DNA of 52,547 nucleotides, filler included, from Bipalium vagum (GCA_037834085.1; 3 parts of 3 records of this genome joined end to end with filler, not necessarily neighbours in it); one strand, 5' to 3'; positions 1-11,660 are shown, counted from the whole stretch's first letter. Notes: a model not told the origin generated them from the sequence alone. Translations and numbers: made by a program.

Positions 1-39
1 ATCTGTCTTAGTTTTCATTTTTATAAAAAGATATTTAAA

Positions 40-73
40 AAATAAAATAGTCAGTTACTTATGAAACACCCTG
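40..73. mobile_element. Terminal inverted repeat end of a Tc1-like DNA transposon (rest lies outside the window)
   Basis: ...cagttacttatgaaacaccctg followed by TA; the reverse complement TA-CAGGGTGTTTCATAAG is a typical Tc1-family terminus. Confidence 0.45.
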
Positions 74-487
74 TAGTAGCATTTATATTAAGTTTCACTT
101 GAGAAGGTTGAAGTTGGACTTAACTTGTAAATTTAATTTAAATACGTGTTCGGAAATGTCAATTGAAATAAATAAATTAAAACTTAAATTTTTATTTAAT
201 ATTTTGCAATGATGAAATACACAGGACAAAAGTAACTGTTTATTAGTTTCGATTAACTTTAAAAATTAAATTTGTATAAGTTTTTGTTTTTCATTACCTC
301 AAATAAGGCAGAAAATAGGAAAAGAAAAAGAACTACTTGTTCTATGCTTGGTGGTCCTCTGGTTAAAAAAAATCTATTCACCGATTTAATAAACCGGCAA
401 AACCAGAAATAAATAGGCTTCTGAGAAATGAAGGAGTGGATAACTACAAAATTCTTTAGATGTTCAAAGTGTTCCTTAACTAATATT

Positions 488-2506
488 TGTTAATATTTTA
501 ATATTACTAATCAACAACAGCTATGCAATCATATAAACACAAGATGATAACTACAATAAAAAAATGAGTGTCTTAAGTTACACCACAAAATATCAAAGTT
601 CTCGTATGTTTAACAAAATCTTCACTGCTTCCAAAACTTTGTATCCCAATATCACCATCTGACATAAGAATGTCTCAAAATAGTGTCCAACTAATTTACA
701 ATAATAACTAAAGCCAAAATGAACTATAAAACAATAAACCAAGATAAAATCATAGGAGATAAACGAAAGTCACTTACTAATGTCATTATTCTATCTTATT
801 GTCTATTTCAGTCCATAAAGCTCTACAGTGACTCGGTACAATCCCTATCAAATGTGTGAAATCAATTTAATTTTAAAGTATCAGAATAACCGTACAGTTC
901 AAATTCAAAATTTTAAATATCAAATTCTTAAAATCTTTAATCAAATTTTCAAATATCTTTAAAGTCACGACTCCAATGATCTCACCGATGGATGATATCA
1001 GTCGAGCCAGTGACTTTTAGATGACCGCTGGGTCAGCATCATGGGGATCTACTTTAAACTTAGTTGTCGCTTATGAATCATGTGTTCTGGTCAAACCCCT
1101 CTTCTTAAATTTTTTGTTTATATTATAATAGTCAACGCGTATCCTGGATTTCCGTGCAGTTTAATTTTACATATCAGACCTTATTTTTCTTAGCTTGAGG
1201 TTGGTATTAAAAAAACCAAACTGATTCTTATCGGTCCGCATGTAGTACTTTGAACAGAACTCCTTGTAGACTTTATCCAGTTTAAAAGAGCTCTCAGTCG
1301 TGACAACTCTTCTTTCATAAAATATTTTTATAAAATTAGCGTAACGCTTTATGAAAGAGAATTATAACTTAGCCCTAAGAGGTTTTTTTAATTTATGGGC
1401 AAACGGGCTTCCCTGTCAAAATCTTTGTCAGGATGACGGTCATTTGATGGTCCTACCTGAAAAACTTTCTTGATCGAAGCTGTTGTTGCTTTTTTTCTTT
1501 CCTTTGACAGTCGTAATAAAAGCTTTGCAACTAATTTTAAAGAGAGTTTTAAAGGAGAACTTTGTTACTATTATACGGAAATGTAGCAACGTGTGCTCAT
1601 CGACTTGTGACTCCTCCCTTTGTGTACTTGTTGTGTTCGGAATCCCTACTCTTTCTCTTTCTATATAAAACACCCACCACTATACCATATCCGCTCCCTC
1701 AAAAATGAATTCGAAATAAAACTTTATTTATATCAACAATCACAAATATTAAATCAATCACAAATAAAATGTAAACTGAAATCCCTCTTTTATATTTAAT
1801 AATGATACTAATTTAATACTAAAATCAAAATATAACGAAAAATAAAATTATCAAAATTATCCTCACCGAGAGCAGCAAGGGGTCCTCAGGTCACCCTCTA
1901 GGCCCGTCTCAGGTTGCCTAGGGGCTCCCTAACTCGCGGGGTCCCCTTGTAGAAAAATCCGACTGCATAATTCTGGGCATAGACATAACAATTACTGGGG
2001 TCGTTTCTCTGGAATCTCTGGGCAGCGTCATCTGAATTTTTTTTTTGACAATCTTCTGAAATTTTTCTGGCAATCTTCCGAATTTTTTTTTCTTTTGACA
2101 ATCTTCTGAAATTTTTTCTTCAACAGAACTTTTTGGGACGACTTAACGGGAGTAGCCGTCTCCTTTTATATGCGTAGGGATTGGTCTACGATCACCAATC
2201 CCTACTCGGAGACGACTATTGTTTTTCACTATCTCCACGCCGAGATAGTCTCCTTACTCCCTGGGCTAATGGATTTCGTCAGGAAATCCATTAGCCTGAT
2301 CAAAAAATATAATCCCCACGGGGGGATTCTGTCATTAAGGAAATGACAAAAATTATTTTTCTTTTAAAAAAATTATTACTAAAAAAAATTATTATTATGA
2401 AAATTATTATTATTATTAATTAAAAATTATTGTTATTATTATTTAAAAATCCTTCTTATTATTATTACTAACTAGAAATCATTATTATTGCTCCAGAAAC
2501 CCAACA
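488..2506 (-). mobile_element. Putative solo LTR or non-autonomous LTR-like element (~2.0 kb)
   Basis: The minus strand begins TGTTGG (2506) and ends AACA (488), with ATATT direct repeats on both flanks (483-487, 2507-2511). It contains a TATA box, a hairpin cluster, a GC-rich stem also found upstream of the Gypsy gag at 42 kb, an AATAAA near 1725 and a decayed ORF. The TSD could be chance in AT-rich DNA. Confidence 0.5.
2148..2348 (-). promoter_or_regulatory. TATA box (TATAAAAGGAGA on minus, ~2159-2170) inside a cluster of five hairpins
   Basis: Perfect stems at 2174-2185/2194-2205 (12 bp), 2228-2235/2242-2249 (8 bp), 2264-2277/2283-2296 (14 bp), 2311-2317/2322-2328 (7 bp) and 2330-2336/2342-2348 (7 bp). 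The same 12-mer occurs at 25218-25229 (+). Confidence 0.55.
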
Positions 2507-2927
2507 ATATTAATATTAAAAATATTTGTAATACTCGATGGATTAATCGAAAGTTAACATTATAATCAATCTGATTCTTTTATACTAGTTGGTTTAACAA
2601 AAGAAACAATCATTTCAAACGACAAAAATTTGTTATTATCGAAATTCCTTTTCACAATCAAATAATATAATAAATATTCGCCATCGTAACACCAAAAAAT
2701 TAGAATAATAACCAATGGTCTATAATATTGATCAAATATTACTCAAATATTACTCAAATCAAATGCCAATCAATTATATCTATAGATTTTATTATTTTAT
2801 TAATTAGTAGATTTTAAAATGTATTTTCTGCTAAATCTTTAAGATTTAGGAAGGATTTAGAAAAGTAAAATAATAAAACTTTCAAAAATTAAAAAAATGT
2901 TGGCAATGATTTAATACTTCGTAGATA

Positions 2928-4398
2928 TAGTGATCGTCATAATTTTTCAAACACCACATAATTATTTACATTCATTTTTAATAATTTTACTTATATATAA
3001 TGTCAAGTTCAAGGGTAATGTACATTACTTCAAGATAATATATCTTTCACTATATTAGAAATATTAATTTTTAAATATTATAATAAGAATTTTGTTAAAG
3101 TTACATTTTAAATTAAAGCATAATTTTTCAAACAGTTAATTATTAAACATTTCCTAATATCTTATTAAACGTTATATAATTATTTGTTATTTTTGCATGA
3201 TATATGTTTTTTAAATTTTAGCAATTAAATGAAAAGTTTGGCGGAAAAATCTCAAGACTTGGCTTTAAAGGAAGATGGATTAAGTTACGCTGAAATAGGG
3301 AAAATTATGAAAATAACAAGAAACTCTTCAATTAGTTTATGCAGATATGTAAAGAAGAAACGTAATAAACGTGATTCAAAGTTTACAATAAGTAAACAAG
3401 AGAATTTAGGTTTGAAAAGAGTAATAGGCAAGTTAAAAGAGGAATATTAAGGTAAATTCAAATAATTTAAAAATTGAATATGATTTGAATATTTCTTTAT
3501 CGACTATTCAAAGGTACATGAGAAGAAGTGGAATGAGGTATATAAAAAAAATACAAAATCTGATTTATTTGAGTAAGAAATATAAGGAAACCCGATTGTT
3601 GAAAGTAAGTACGTGGGTTAGTAAAAATCATGTATGGGAAAAAATTGTTTTCACTGACGAAAAAAAATTTAGTCTGAATGGTCCGGATGATTGGCGAACA
3701 TATTTGTCGATAGCGCCTACAATGAAGTAGTGGCGACGTTATGGTTTGGATGATGACATTGCCCAGTGGCTTATTGTCTTACAATGTTATCAAAGGAAAA
3801 TTTAATTCAGCAGCATTTATAGAGTCATTAAAGACGAGTATTGTGCCATTTGAAAATTAATTTTGCCACAGGTTTTTGGCTACAAGAAGATATCTCCTGG
3901 TCACAAATCCGCCAAAGTCAAAGAATCTACGAAATCCAGTGAAATTAGGATTCCAGATTGGCCAGCTAAAAGTTCTGATCTGAACATTGCAGAAGACATT
4001 TGGAAATAGATTTCAGATCAGGTCTACGACGGTCCTCAATTTGAAAATATCAATGAATTAACTGCTAAACTGAAAAATGTAGCGAAAAATTATTAATTCC
4101 AAAGTACAAAAATCGCAAATTTGTTTACATCCTTCATAAGGTGTTTATGTATAGTTTTATTAAAAAGAGGTTTCTTTTGTAAAAAAAATAAAATGTTCGT
4201 AATAAATATTAAGTGGTTGAATTTACATTTTTTATTTTGTCATTTTATTTACACTACATAGCAAATATTGCATGGGAAACATGATATTTGCAGATTTCAA
4301 AACTCTTTCTATCATGCAGGCACAATTTGAAAAAATTAAACAACATAATACTTGTATAATACTAAATTATGTCCTGTTTGAAAAATCATGACGATCTG
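2928..4398 (+). mobile_element. Decayed Tc1-family (DD34E-type) transposon with TIRs
   Basis: TIRs gatcgtcataatttttcaaaca / tgtttgaaaaatcatgacgatc with TA flanks. The frameshifted transposase shows an HTH (GLSYAEIGKIMK), FTDEKKFSLNGPD and WPAKSSDLNIAEDIW. Confidence 0.9.
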
Positions 4399-4419
4399 TA
4401 TACTTATCCGATTTATACT

Positions 4420-5100
4420 TGGAATTCCCTAGATTCTCAAATTTGTTGATTTTGTGCCTTGATAATTTGTGCTTACTCTGGCTTGATGTTTTTGACTTCT
4501 ATGTTTATTTGCCACGAGTGAAAACCAGAATATAGTCTATATATACCATTCCTCCAAGAATCACCACGAAAACCTTCATCAAGAGTTGCTGAAACGTCCC
4601 TGGTACCAAATGGCATTTTTTAAACAATATTGACTATTCTTGGTTACAAACTCAGTCTTCTCGTGTGAAATTTCCTAAAAATATACTTGATAATATGCGT
4701 TACCAAGGTCTATTGATGTAAAATATTTGGCGAATTTCAAAATATCAACCATTTCCTCTATGTTCGGCATCGGCAAAATTATTCAATTACCTGAAGTCCA
4801 AGCAAAATCGCATCTTTTTCTTCTCTTTCTTCCATATATCAACATTGATGAATTCCAGGGAGAATTACAACGTCTAAATAATTTGTTTTCCAACAAATTC
4901 TGTATCGTTTGGTTGACCTGATCTTCTAGATGCAGAAGTTGACATCATGGCTTGACATGAATTGGCTCTTCCTTTGTCAAAATCTTGTGTTTGGCCCATC
5001 TTGTGTATCAAATATCCCACTTATTAGCGATAAACGTGTCTTGGTATTTCTTTAAAGTCAAAATTAATCTCTGGTCTTCTTTGACTTTAAGTAATTCTAC
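4420..5100 (-). mobile_element. Ty3/Gypsy reverse transcriptase remnant
   Basis: Minus-strand motifs in order: HKILTKEEPIHVKP, CNSPWNS, LPMPNIEEMVDIL, YFTSIDLGNAYYQ, MPFG and VYIDYILVF (mutated YxDD), with stops and frameshifts. Confidence 0.88.
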
Positions 5101-6615
5101 TGCTCTTTTGAATCTTTCTCCAGATACAATCAAATCTTGGTAAGAATCAATACAAGAGATTGTGAAACTTAATACAGCTAAAGGTAAAACCAAAATAGAG
5201 AGCCTTTCAAGCATTTCCAGCAGTAGATAAGATAAGAACACAAGGATGGTGCAATGGAGGAGAATTATTAACTGATTTGGGGCCTAACGGAAAGTAGCAA
5301 CAATTTGAAAAAGATATGACAGTTAGACATGATTATGAAGTAATAATTACAGGAAGAGAAGAACTATTTAATGAAAAAACAGGAAGGATGATGACAACTA
5401 AAATATGTGAAACAAGACATAAAAGTAGTGATACAGAAAAATCGTTAATATTATATTTTGTAAAATGCAGAGTAAAAGAAACTGTATTTGATATAACCAT
5501 AGGAAGTCAATCTCGAGTAGATATTAAATTTAAATACAATCCAATTGTGTTTAAATTTTAAAGAACGGAAATAAGAAACTTTAGTAGATTTTATCAACTT
5601 TTGGTAGCTGCTATAATAGAAATCTACTTTTGAAGCATAGTATAGGCTCAAGAAGAAAAAATTATAGTTGGCCTTCAGTCCAATTTCATTATAATTTTAT
5701 GATAACTTCTGATGATAAATGTCGAAATATGAAATGTCAGATACACTTTGATCTATCAGTGGTACACCAGGAAGACATAAAGTTTCGTTCTGAAAGTGAA
5801 TTTTACGGTCTTGAACTTTTCATTCAATAGCCAGGTTGAAGTCATTGGGTCAGTTTCACCAGGTTTCTTAATTTATAGAGGTCAAGTCTATACGCATCAT
5901 TTGGAACTTCAAAATAGGCCACCTGTAACTCATAATAAAAAGATTTTTATGTATTTTGAAATTAATTCATTTCAATTAATTTTATGAAAAACCTAAAAAT
6001 TAAATGTGGAACACACGAGAGATTTACAAATAATATCACAGTTTATGCTAAATACAAATAGTTAATTGATAAAAGATCTGAGGTCGAATCAAACCAACGA
6101 ATTTCAATTTGAAACAAGAATCTTCTGATCAGAAATACACAATTACGAAAATTTCAGGTACACTGTATCTTAATGTGGGCGGAGGATGGAAGTTATCATA
6201 AGCAGGTTAATTCCAAGACAAGGATTTATTCCGAAGGTGACCCCATTAAACTTTCATGAAAATTTTACTAAAATTATATTAAATTTATTAAAGTTAAATT
6301 AAATTGTATTTTCTTTATGAAATTTTCGTTCTTTTTAACATTTAATATTATTAAATATTTAAAAGATTTTCTTTTTTTTATAAATAATGTATAACCAAAC
6401 ATGCTATAGAAAGCAATAAAAATTTTAAACACATTAAAAAAGTTTTGATACATATTTAAATATAAACTATTTGATCTCATAAAATAGGGTCTAAATTTCA
6501 ATTTAATGATATTTAAACTAAGAGAACATCAAATTTTATTTTTTGATTATATCTTTGTTTTAATCAAAAAAAATTAAAATATTATTCAAACTTGACTGCG
6601 TTTTAGAAAATAATC

Positions 6616-8005
6616 ATGTCTAGTGATAGTGAAGCAGATGTTGAACTTAACAATTTAGAAGACGGCTCCATTCTGAACAAATATAAGATGGCAGCTGAAA
6701 TCGTCCAAAGTTTTTGACTTCTTTATTTGATATATTTTATCTAATTTTTTCAATAGAAATTTTGAAAGAAATAATTGCAAAGTGTGAACCAAAGGCTAGC
6801 ATTTTTGAATTGTGTTCTTTTGGTGATCAGAGATTAAATGAAGAAATTTCGGGAGTTTTCAAGAAAGAAAAAGAAATGAAAAAAGGAATTTCATATCCTA
6901 CAACCATTTGCAAAAACAATCTAGTTGCAAACTTCTCTCCAGAGCAATCCACCGAAACATTGGAAAATGATGATTTGGTTAAAATGTAATAGTCTATTTT
7001 TTAATAGACTTATCTAATAATTTAAAAAATAAAGTGATTTAGGTGTGTACATTGATGGATACGCTGCAATTGTCGGACATACATTCGTTATCGGATCGTC
7101 AAAGGATAACAAAGTCACCGGACGTAAAGCAGATGTAATATTGGCTGCTTATAATGCTGCCGAGGCTGCCTTAAGATTAATCAAACCTGGACGAAACGTA
7201 ATTATTTGATCTGTAATAACTCTATTAATCTTAATTCTTCTAGAGCAAAGCCATATCTGAACCTCTTTGCCAAACCGCCACAGATTTTAACTGTAAAATT
7301 TTAGAAAGTAATCGATATTTTAAAATTATTTTAAACTTCCTATTGATTCTTTGTTATTAAAGACTGCATCGTTTATGGAATGGAAAAGAACATTTATGAC
7401 AACAAGAACACATTTAGCATCAATCCATCGGACGATTTGAAGAAAAGCGCTGAAAAAGTCGAGTTTGATATCAACCAGGTCTACGTCATGGACGTTGTCG
7501 TGACAACAGGCGATGGAAAGATCAAGGAGAAAGAAATCAAGACAACGATGTATAAGCGAGAGCTGACCTCGACCTACCAACTGAAAATGAAGGCTTCGAG
7601 ACGTAAGTAACTTTGACTTTAGGGAGACTTACAATTATCAATTTTATATATTAAATCCATTTATCTACTAATTGTTCAGAGTTCTACAGCGATGTCTGCA
7701 ACAAATCTCTTGGTTACCCGTTCACGATCCGCTCGTTCGCCGATACGACCAAAGCTAAGATCGGCGTCAAGGAGTGCGTCACTCACGGTCTCGTGCAACC
7801 GTTGCCAGTGATGTTCGAGAAGAGTGGCGAATTCTTGGCCCACTTCAAATTCACCGTACTGTTGACCGCGAACGGACCAATGAAGCTGACCGGCCTCGCT
7901 TTTGATTCGAGCATTTACCAATCGACACACAAAGTACAAAACCAGGCCATTAAAACACTTTTATCAGAGCCCGTCAAGAACAAAAAGAAGGCAGAAGCCA
8001 GTTAG
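6616..8005 (+). CDS. PA2G4: Proliferation-associated protein 2G4 (EBP1, inactive MetAP2-fold ribosome-associated factor); exons 6616-6709, 6757-6985, 7035-7197, 7244-7307, 7363-7602, 7680-8005
   Basis: The spliced ORF is 1116 nt with consistent intron phases. Motifs: [75 protein letters not shown]. Confidence 0.96.
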
Positions 8006-10959
8006 ACAGCGAGAGCGGGATAGTGTTTTTGAATAATAATAAATATATTCTGCGTGGTTTTTTGATACTATCTGTCCTTTTATTGATCCGAAATTCATTA
8101 GCAAAATATTGTTTTAGTGTTTGTTTTCTGTGATGATAACCCGGGGTAATATATATAAGTGAAACTGAAAAAAAACTGCACATTTAAATCTCAGTTTTTT
8201 TATTATTCTGTTCAGATATTGATTTTGAATTTATTACAATTTACAGCTTTGAATTTTGAGCTTGTAAAAATCGTCTTTTATGTTTCATAAGCTCGATTTT
8301 CGAAGTAGATATTTGTAATTTAATTCCTCATTGTAATCGTTGTCATTTTTTTGCCCACCGCTGACAATTCCAACAATGTCATTGGCTGACAATTAAATTA
8401 ATATTTAGTTGAGCTCTAATGTATTGTTAGTTTAGATCAATATGCGATCGTATAAAATGGAATATCAATATTTATGTTTTGGTTAGTTTTAGACATTTTT
8501 TTCCAATACCTTTTTTTAAAATGTGATTCTATTTATTTAATTTTGGTGGGGATATTTAAGCTGTTATCATTGATTACATTTTGACCATATCTTTACTTTT
8601 AAAAACAATCTTTTTAAAACTAATTTATTGGCGCCAAAGGTTTTGTCAGTTTGTTTTTTTATTCTATCAAGAAATGGTATTTGGCTTAGATACCAAATAT
8701 GTGTTTTTGTATGAGTGTAGTTGTAAAAAGATATCACAAATATATCACACTTGTCTTTGAAATGGAAGCTTTCTTTGTGATATAATCAAAGTTTTAGCAG
8801 CCATTTTTTTAAATTTCAAGTGGTTGAGACGTGATTAAGCAATTAAGTTTTATAATTAAATTTCTCACGTTAATTGTCCAAGATTTTGAAAAATGGAAAA
8901 TCTGCTGTGTATTTATCGAATTTCACTTCTTAATTTATTTCTAAATTATTTTGCGAAGTTCTGATTATTGATGGATTTTGAGAAAAGAGATTGTCATTTT
9001 ACTATCGATTGGCAATGTTTTATAAACCTAAAATAAGGAGAATGTGAAATTTTAACTCAAATGATCTTTAGGGCTATTGATTAAAATATGTAATTGCATT
9101 TGCTATTATTAATTTCATTTGATAATCCTGATTAGACAAAAATAATTTTATTATAAATAATAGTAGATATAAAAATGTCTCATATTAGTATTCTTTTAAA
9201 ACTGTAATTTGATGAAGAATTTTATAGAATTCAAGCTCATAAGGCAGATGTAAATATTTGTGACCAGTTTATAAAATTGAAATAAAAATAATTGTAAATT
9301 AATACAAAAATAAAACTTGACAAATTCCAAAATAATAATGGCTTCCAATAAAAAAAGTTGTGAGGTCGGTTTATCCACTGTCGGATAGTACAAGTCAATT
9401 AAATTATTTCATAGATTATTTTAATGCTATGGGGCACTGATAATTTTTTACAATGTCTCTATGATATCTACCCTCAAGGCAATCTGACATGAACAGTTAC
9501 ACCAAAGTGTACTGACACAAATTTCAAAGGTTAATAAAACCGAACAGTGTATTTATTAGTAAATTTTCGAGCAATCCAAATTGATTCAGATATTTAAGAT
9601 TGAAAAATACTCAAAAAATTGCCATATTGTATACTAAAATAGTTTATCACGGAGATTTCAATTTTTGATAAAATGAAAACTGAATAGCAAACCAATTATG
9701 TGGATTTTATTTGGCTGAGCAAAGGTAAATGATAATGATAAAGATTTATAGATATAGATAGGAGATCTGGTAAGCTGATTTATAGAAATATTTTGGTTGA
9801 TGACTGATGAATTGCTTTCAACGATGAACTGATGACATATATTTGTATAACTTTACCTCTTCGAAATGAGGGAAAAGTATTAAAAATATTGATTCCTCGA
9901 GTATAATTCTTGTCATTTAACTAATAACAGTTTTGATGGTGGAGTCTCACAAAAAGAACCTTACCCCTTTAAACAGTGATGATCATAAATTTGGTTTATT
10001 TCTATTTTCAACTTTTAGTGTCAAAAATCATTTTACGGATTTTTTTCGACAATAAATAATTTTCAATTTTGAAAATTAATTTCGTATTCTGACGATAGTT
10101 TACATATATAAAATTCTTTTGTAACAATAATAGGTTGAAATGGTACAATCGAAAATAACATTTTCCAAGTGTCCATATGCTATATTGTTTTCTATTTTTG
10201 TGACCACTGAGTTAATTTTAGTGATAATGAAAAGTCATAATCAGAAATTTACTTATTTCTTTTAGAATCTTGATTTTAATGGTTAGTTTTTACCAGATTA
10301 GTTACAGAAGTTTGTGGAGAATAAATCCCAGAACCTACAGCTTTGTACAAGCCTACCACTTTAACTATATATTACATTAAATTTTATTCCAATTAAGTTT
10401 CATTCTGACCTTCTAAACCTTTCTACAGTAGTCAAAGTTGAGTATCATTTTATAATATTTATTTCAACAAAGGCTTTGTTTTGCATGACGTTATATGTGT
10501 TTTTGGAAAACACATTGTTATTGCTTCCTGGTCGATCCTTTTCTCTTATCTCATTTTTATAACCGGGTATTGTATTGTAGAAATTAACATTTTAGGAGTT
10601 AAGTAACAAACGGCGGGTTATCTCACACAGCTATGGATCTAGATTTTCGGTACTTTCACATTATTAAGACTGCTGTATATTTCCATTTTATTAAAATATT
10701 AGGTAAGAAATGCGCGATATTATGAATAACATTTATTACTGCATAAAGGACCAACAAGTGCGCATTTATTTTGTATATTTGTCTCATTTATAATATTTTA
10801 TTAATAGTATCTTTTTTTTCGTTCATAAAATCAATGACAAAAAATATAAAATTTGTATTTGTATGTACTGTGATTTCGAACAAGTAAAGAGTGCCACAGT
10901 ATCATACCGTAAAATATGTGATGTGTGTTGGTGATATTGTTATTAGTAATAGTCAATGC

Positions 10960-11660
10960 AGGAGATGATCTCAACGATTTAAACATTGAAATGTAAATCT
11001 GAAAGATGACCAACACGGACGACTTCCTCAGAGGATAGATGATGATGATTAAAAGAAATCATTGAAGCAGTTTCTCGACAAACTACTTGAGAACATGATA
11101 AGGTAGAATCTTGTTTCAGTTATTGCCGAAGAGGAAAAATGTCTTCGAGAAAAGAAACTAACTTTGGAAGAATTAAAATAAAAAAGAAAAGAATTTTCCA
11201 ACCGATCTGTAAGCTTTTCAACAATGTTTTTGTAATAGGATTATGTATAGGGTTTCATGGAGTTATAGATTCCATAGGCCCGGAAGATCCGGGGATCCAA
11301 TGATCTCTCCGGCGAGTATATTATTTATTGTTCAATTTGTTTTTTTCTTATTGCTTATAAAAAGTAATTCCACACTTTATTTTTTATTGATCATTGATTC
11401 TTAACATTAATTATTCTTCATATTTTTGTCTTCAGACATTGATTGTGATTTTGTGTTTCAGGAATTACTTTATTGTGATTTAAAGAAATTGAATCTTTGT
11501 TTATTACGATTGTTTTTTGTTCCTTTTGGTGAAAATAAAGATTATTGTAATTATTTTGATTCATTTAGTAAGGTTTATTGTGATCAATTTGATTTATACA
11601 GTACAGCGTACTTGGTTATTTTGATTCTCGAACACAGTAATAGCTATTTAAGGGGTCACA
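10960..11660 (+). mobile_element. LTR-like relic carrying the conserved GC-rich stem (11232-11316)
   Basis: gtaataggatt...gatccggggatccaatgatctctccggcgag resembles the minus-strand copies at 41944-42060 and 21287-21375. A purine-rich stretch precedes it and a T/G-rich stretch follows. Boundaries are approximate. Confidence 0.45.

Noticed and set aside
1898-2101. 67-aa minus ORF over the conserved stem motif as a real peptide
   Set aside because: The aligned 42-kb copy has an indel and stops in the homologous frames, so structure explains the conservation better.
2030-2120. Short spaced repeats as a CRISPR-like array
   Set aside because: Degenerate tandem repeats without unique spacers, in a eukaryotic context with no cas genes.
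5700-5745. Hammerhead-like CTGATGA...GAAA...GTC
   Set aside because: Stem II cannot close (T...C) and stem I is only ~2 bp. Other CTGANGA sites (2277, 9805, 21968, 41744) also lack a valid core.
8250-9030. Possible pogo-like relic on the minus strand
   Set aside because: Too decayed; no diagnostic DDE motif or TIR pair was found.
11278-11300. GGCCCGGAAG resembling SRP RNA helix 8
   Set aside because: The rest of the SRP helix 8 motif is absent and the other copies lack it.
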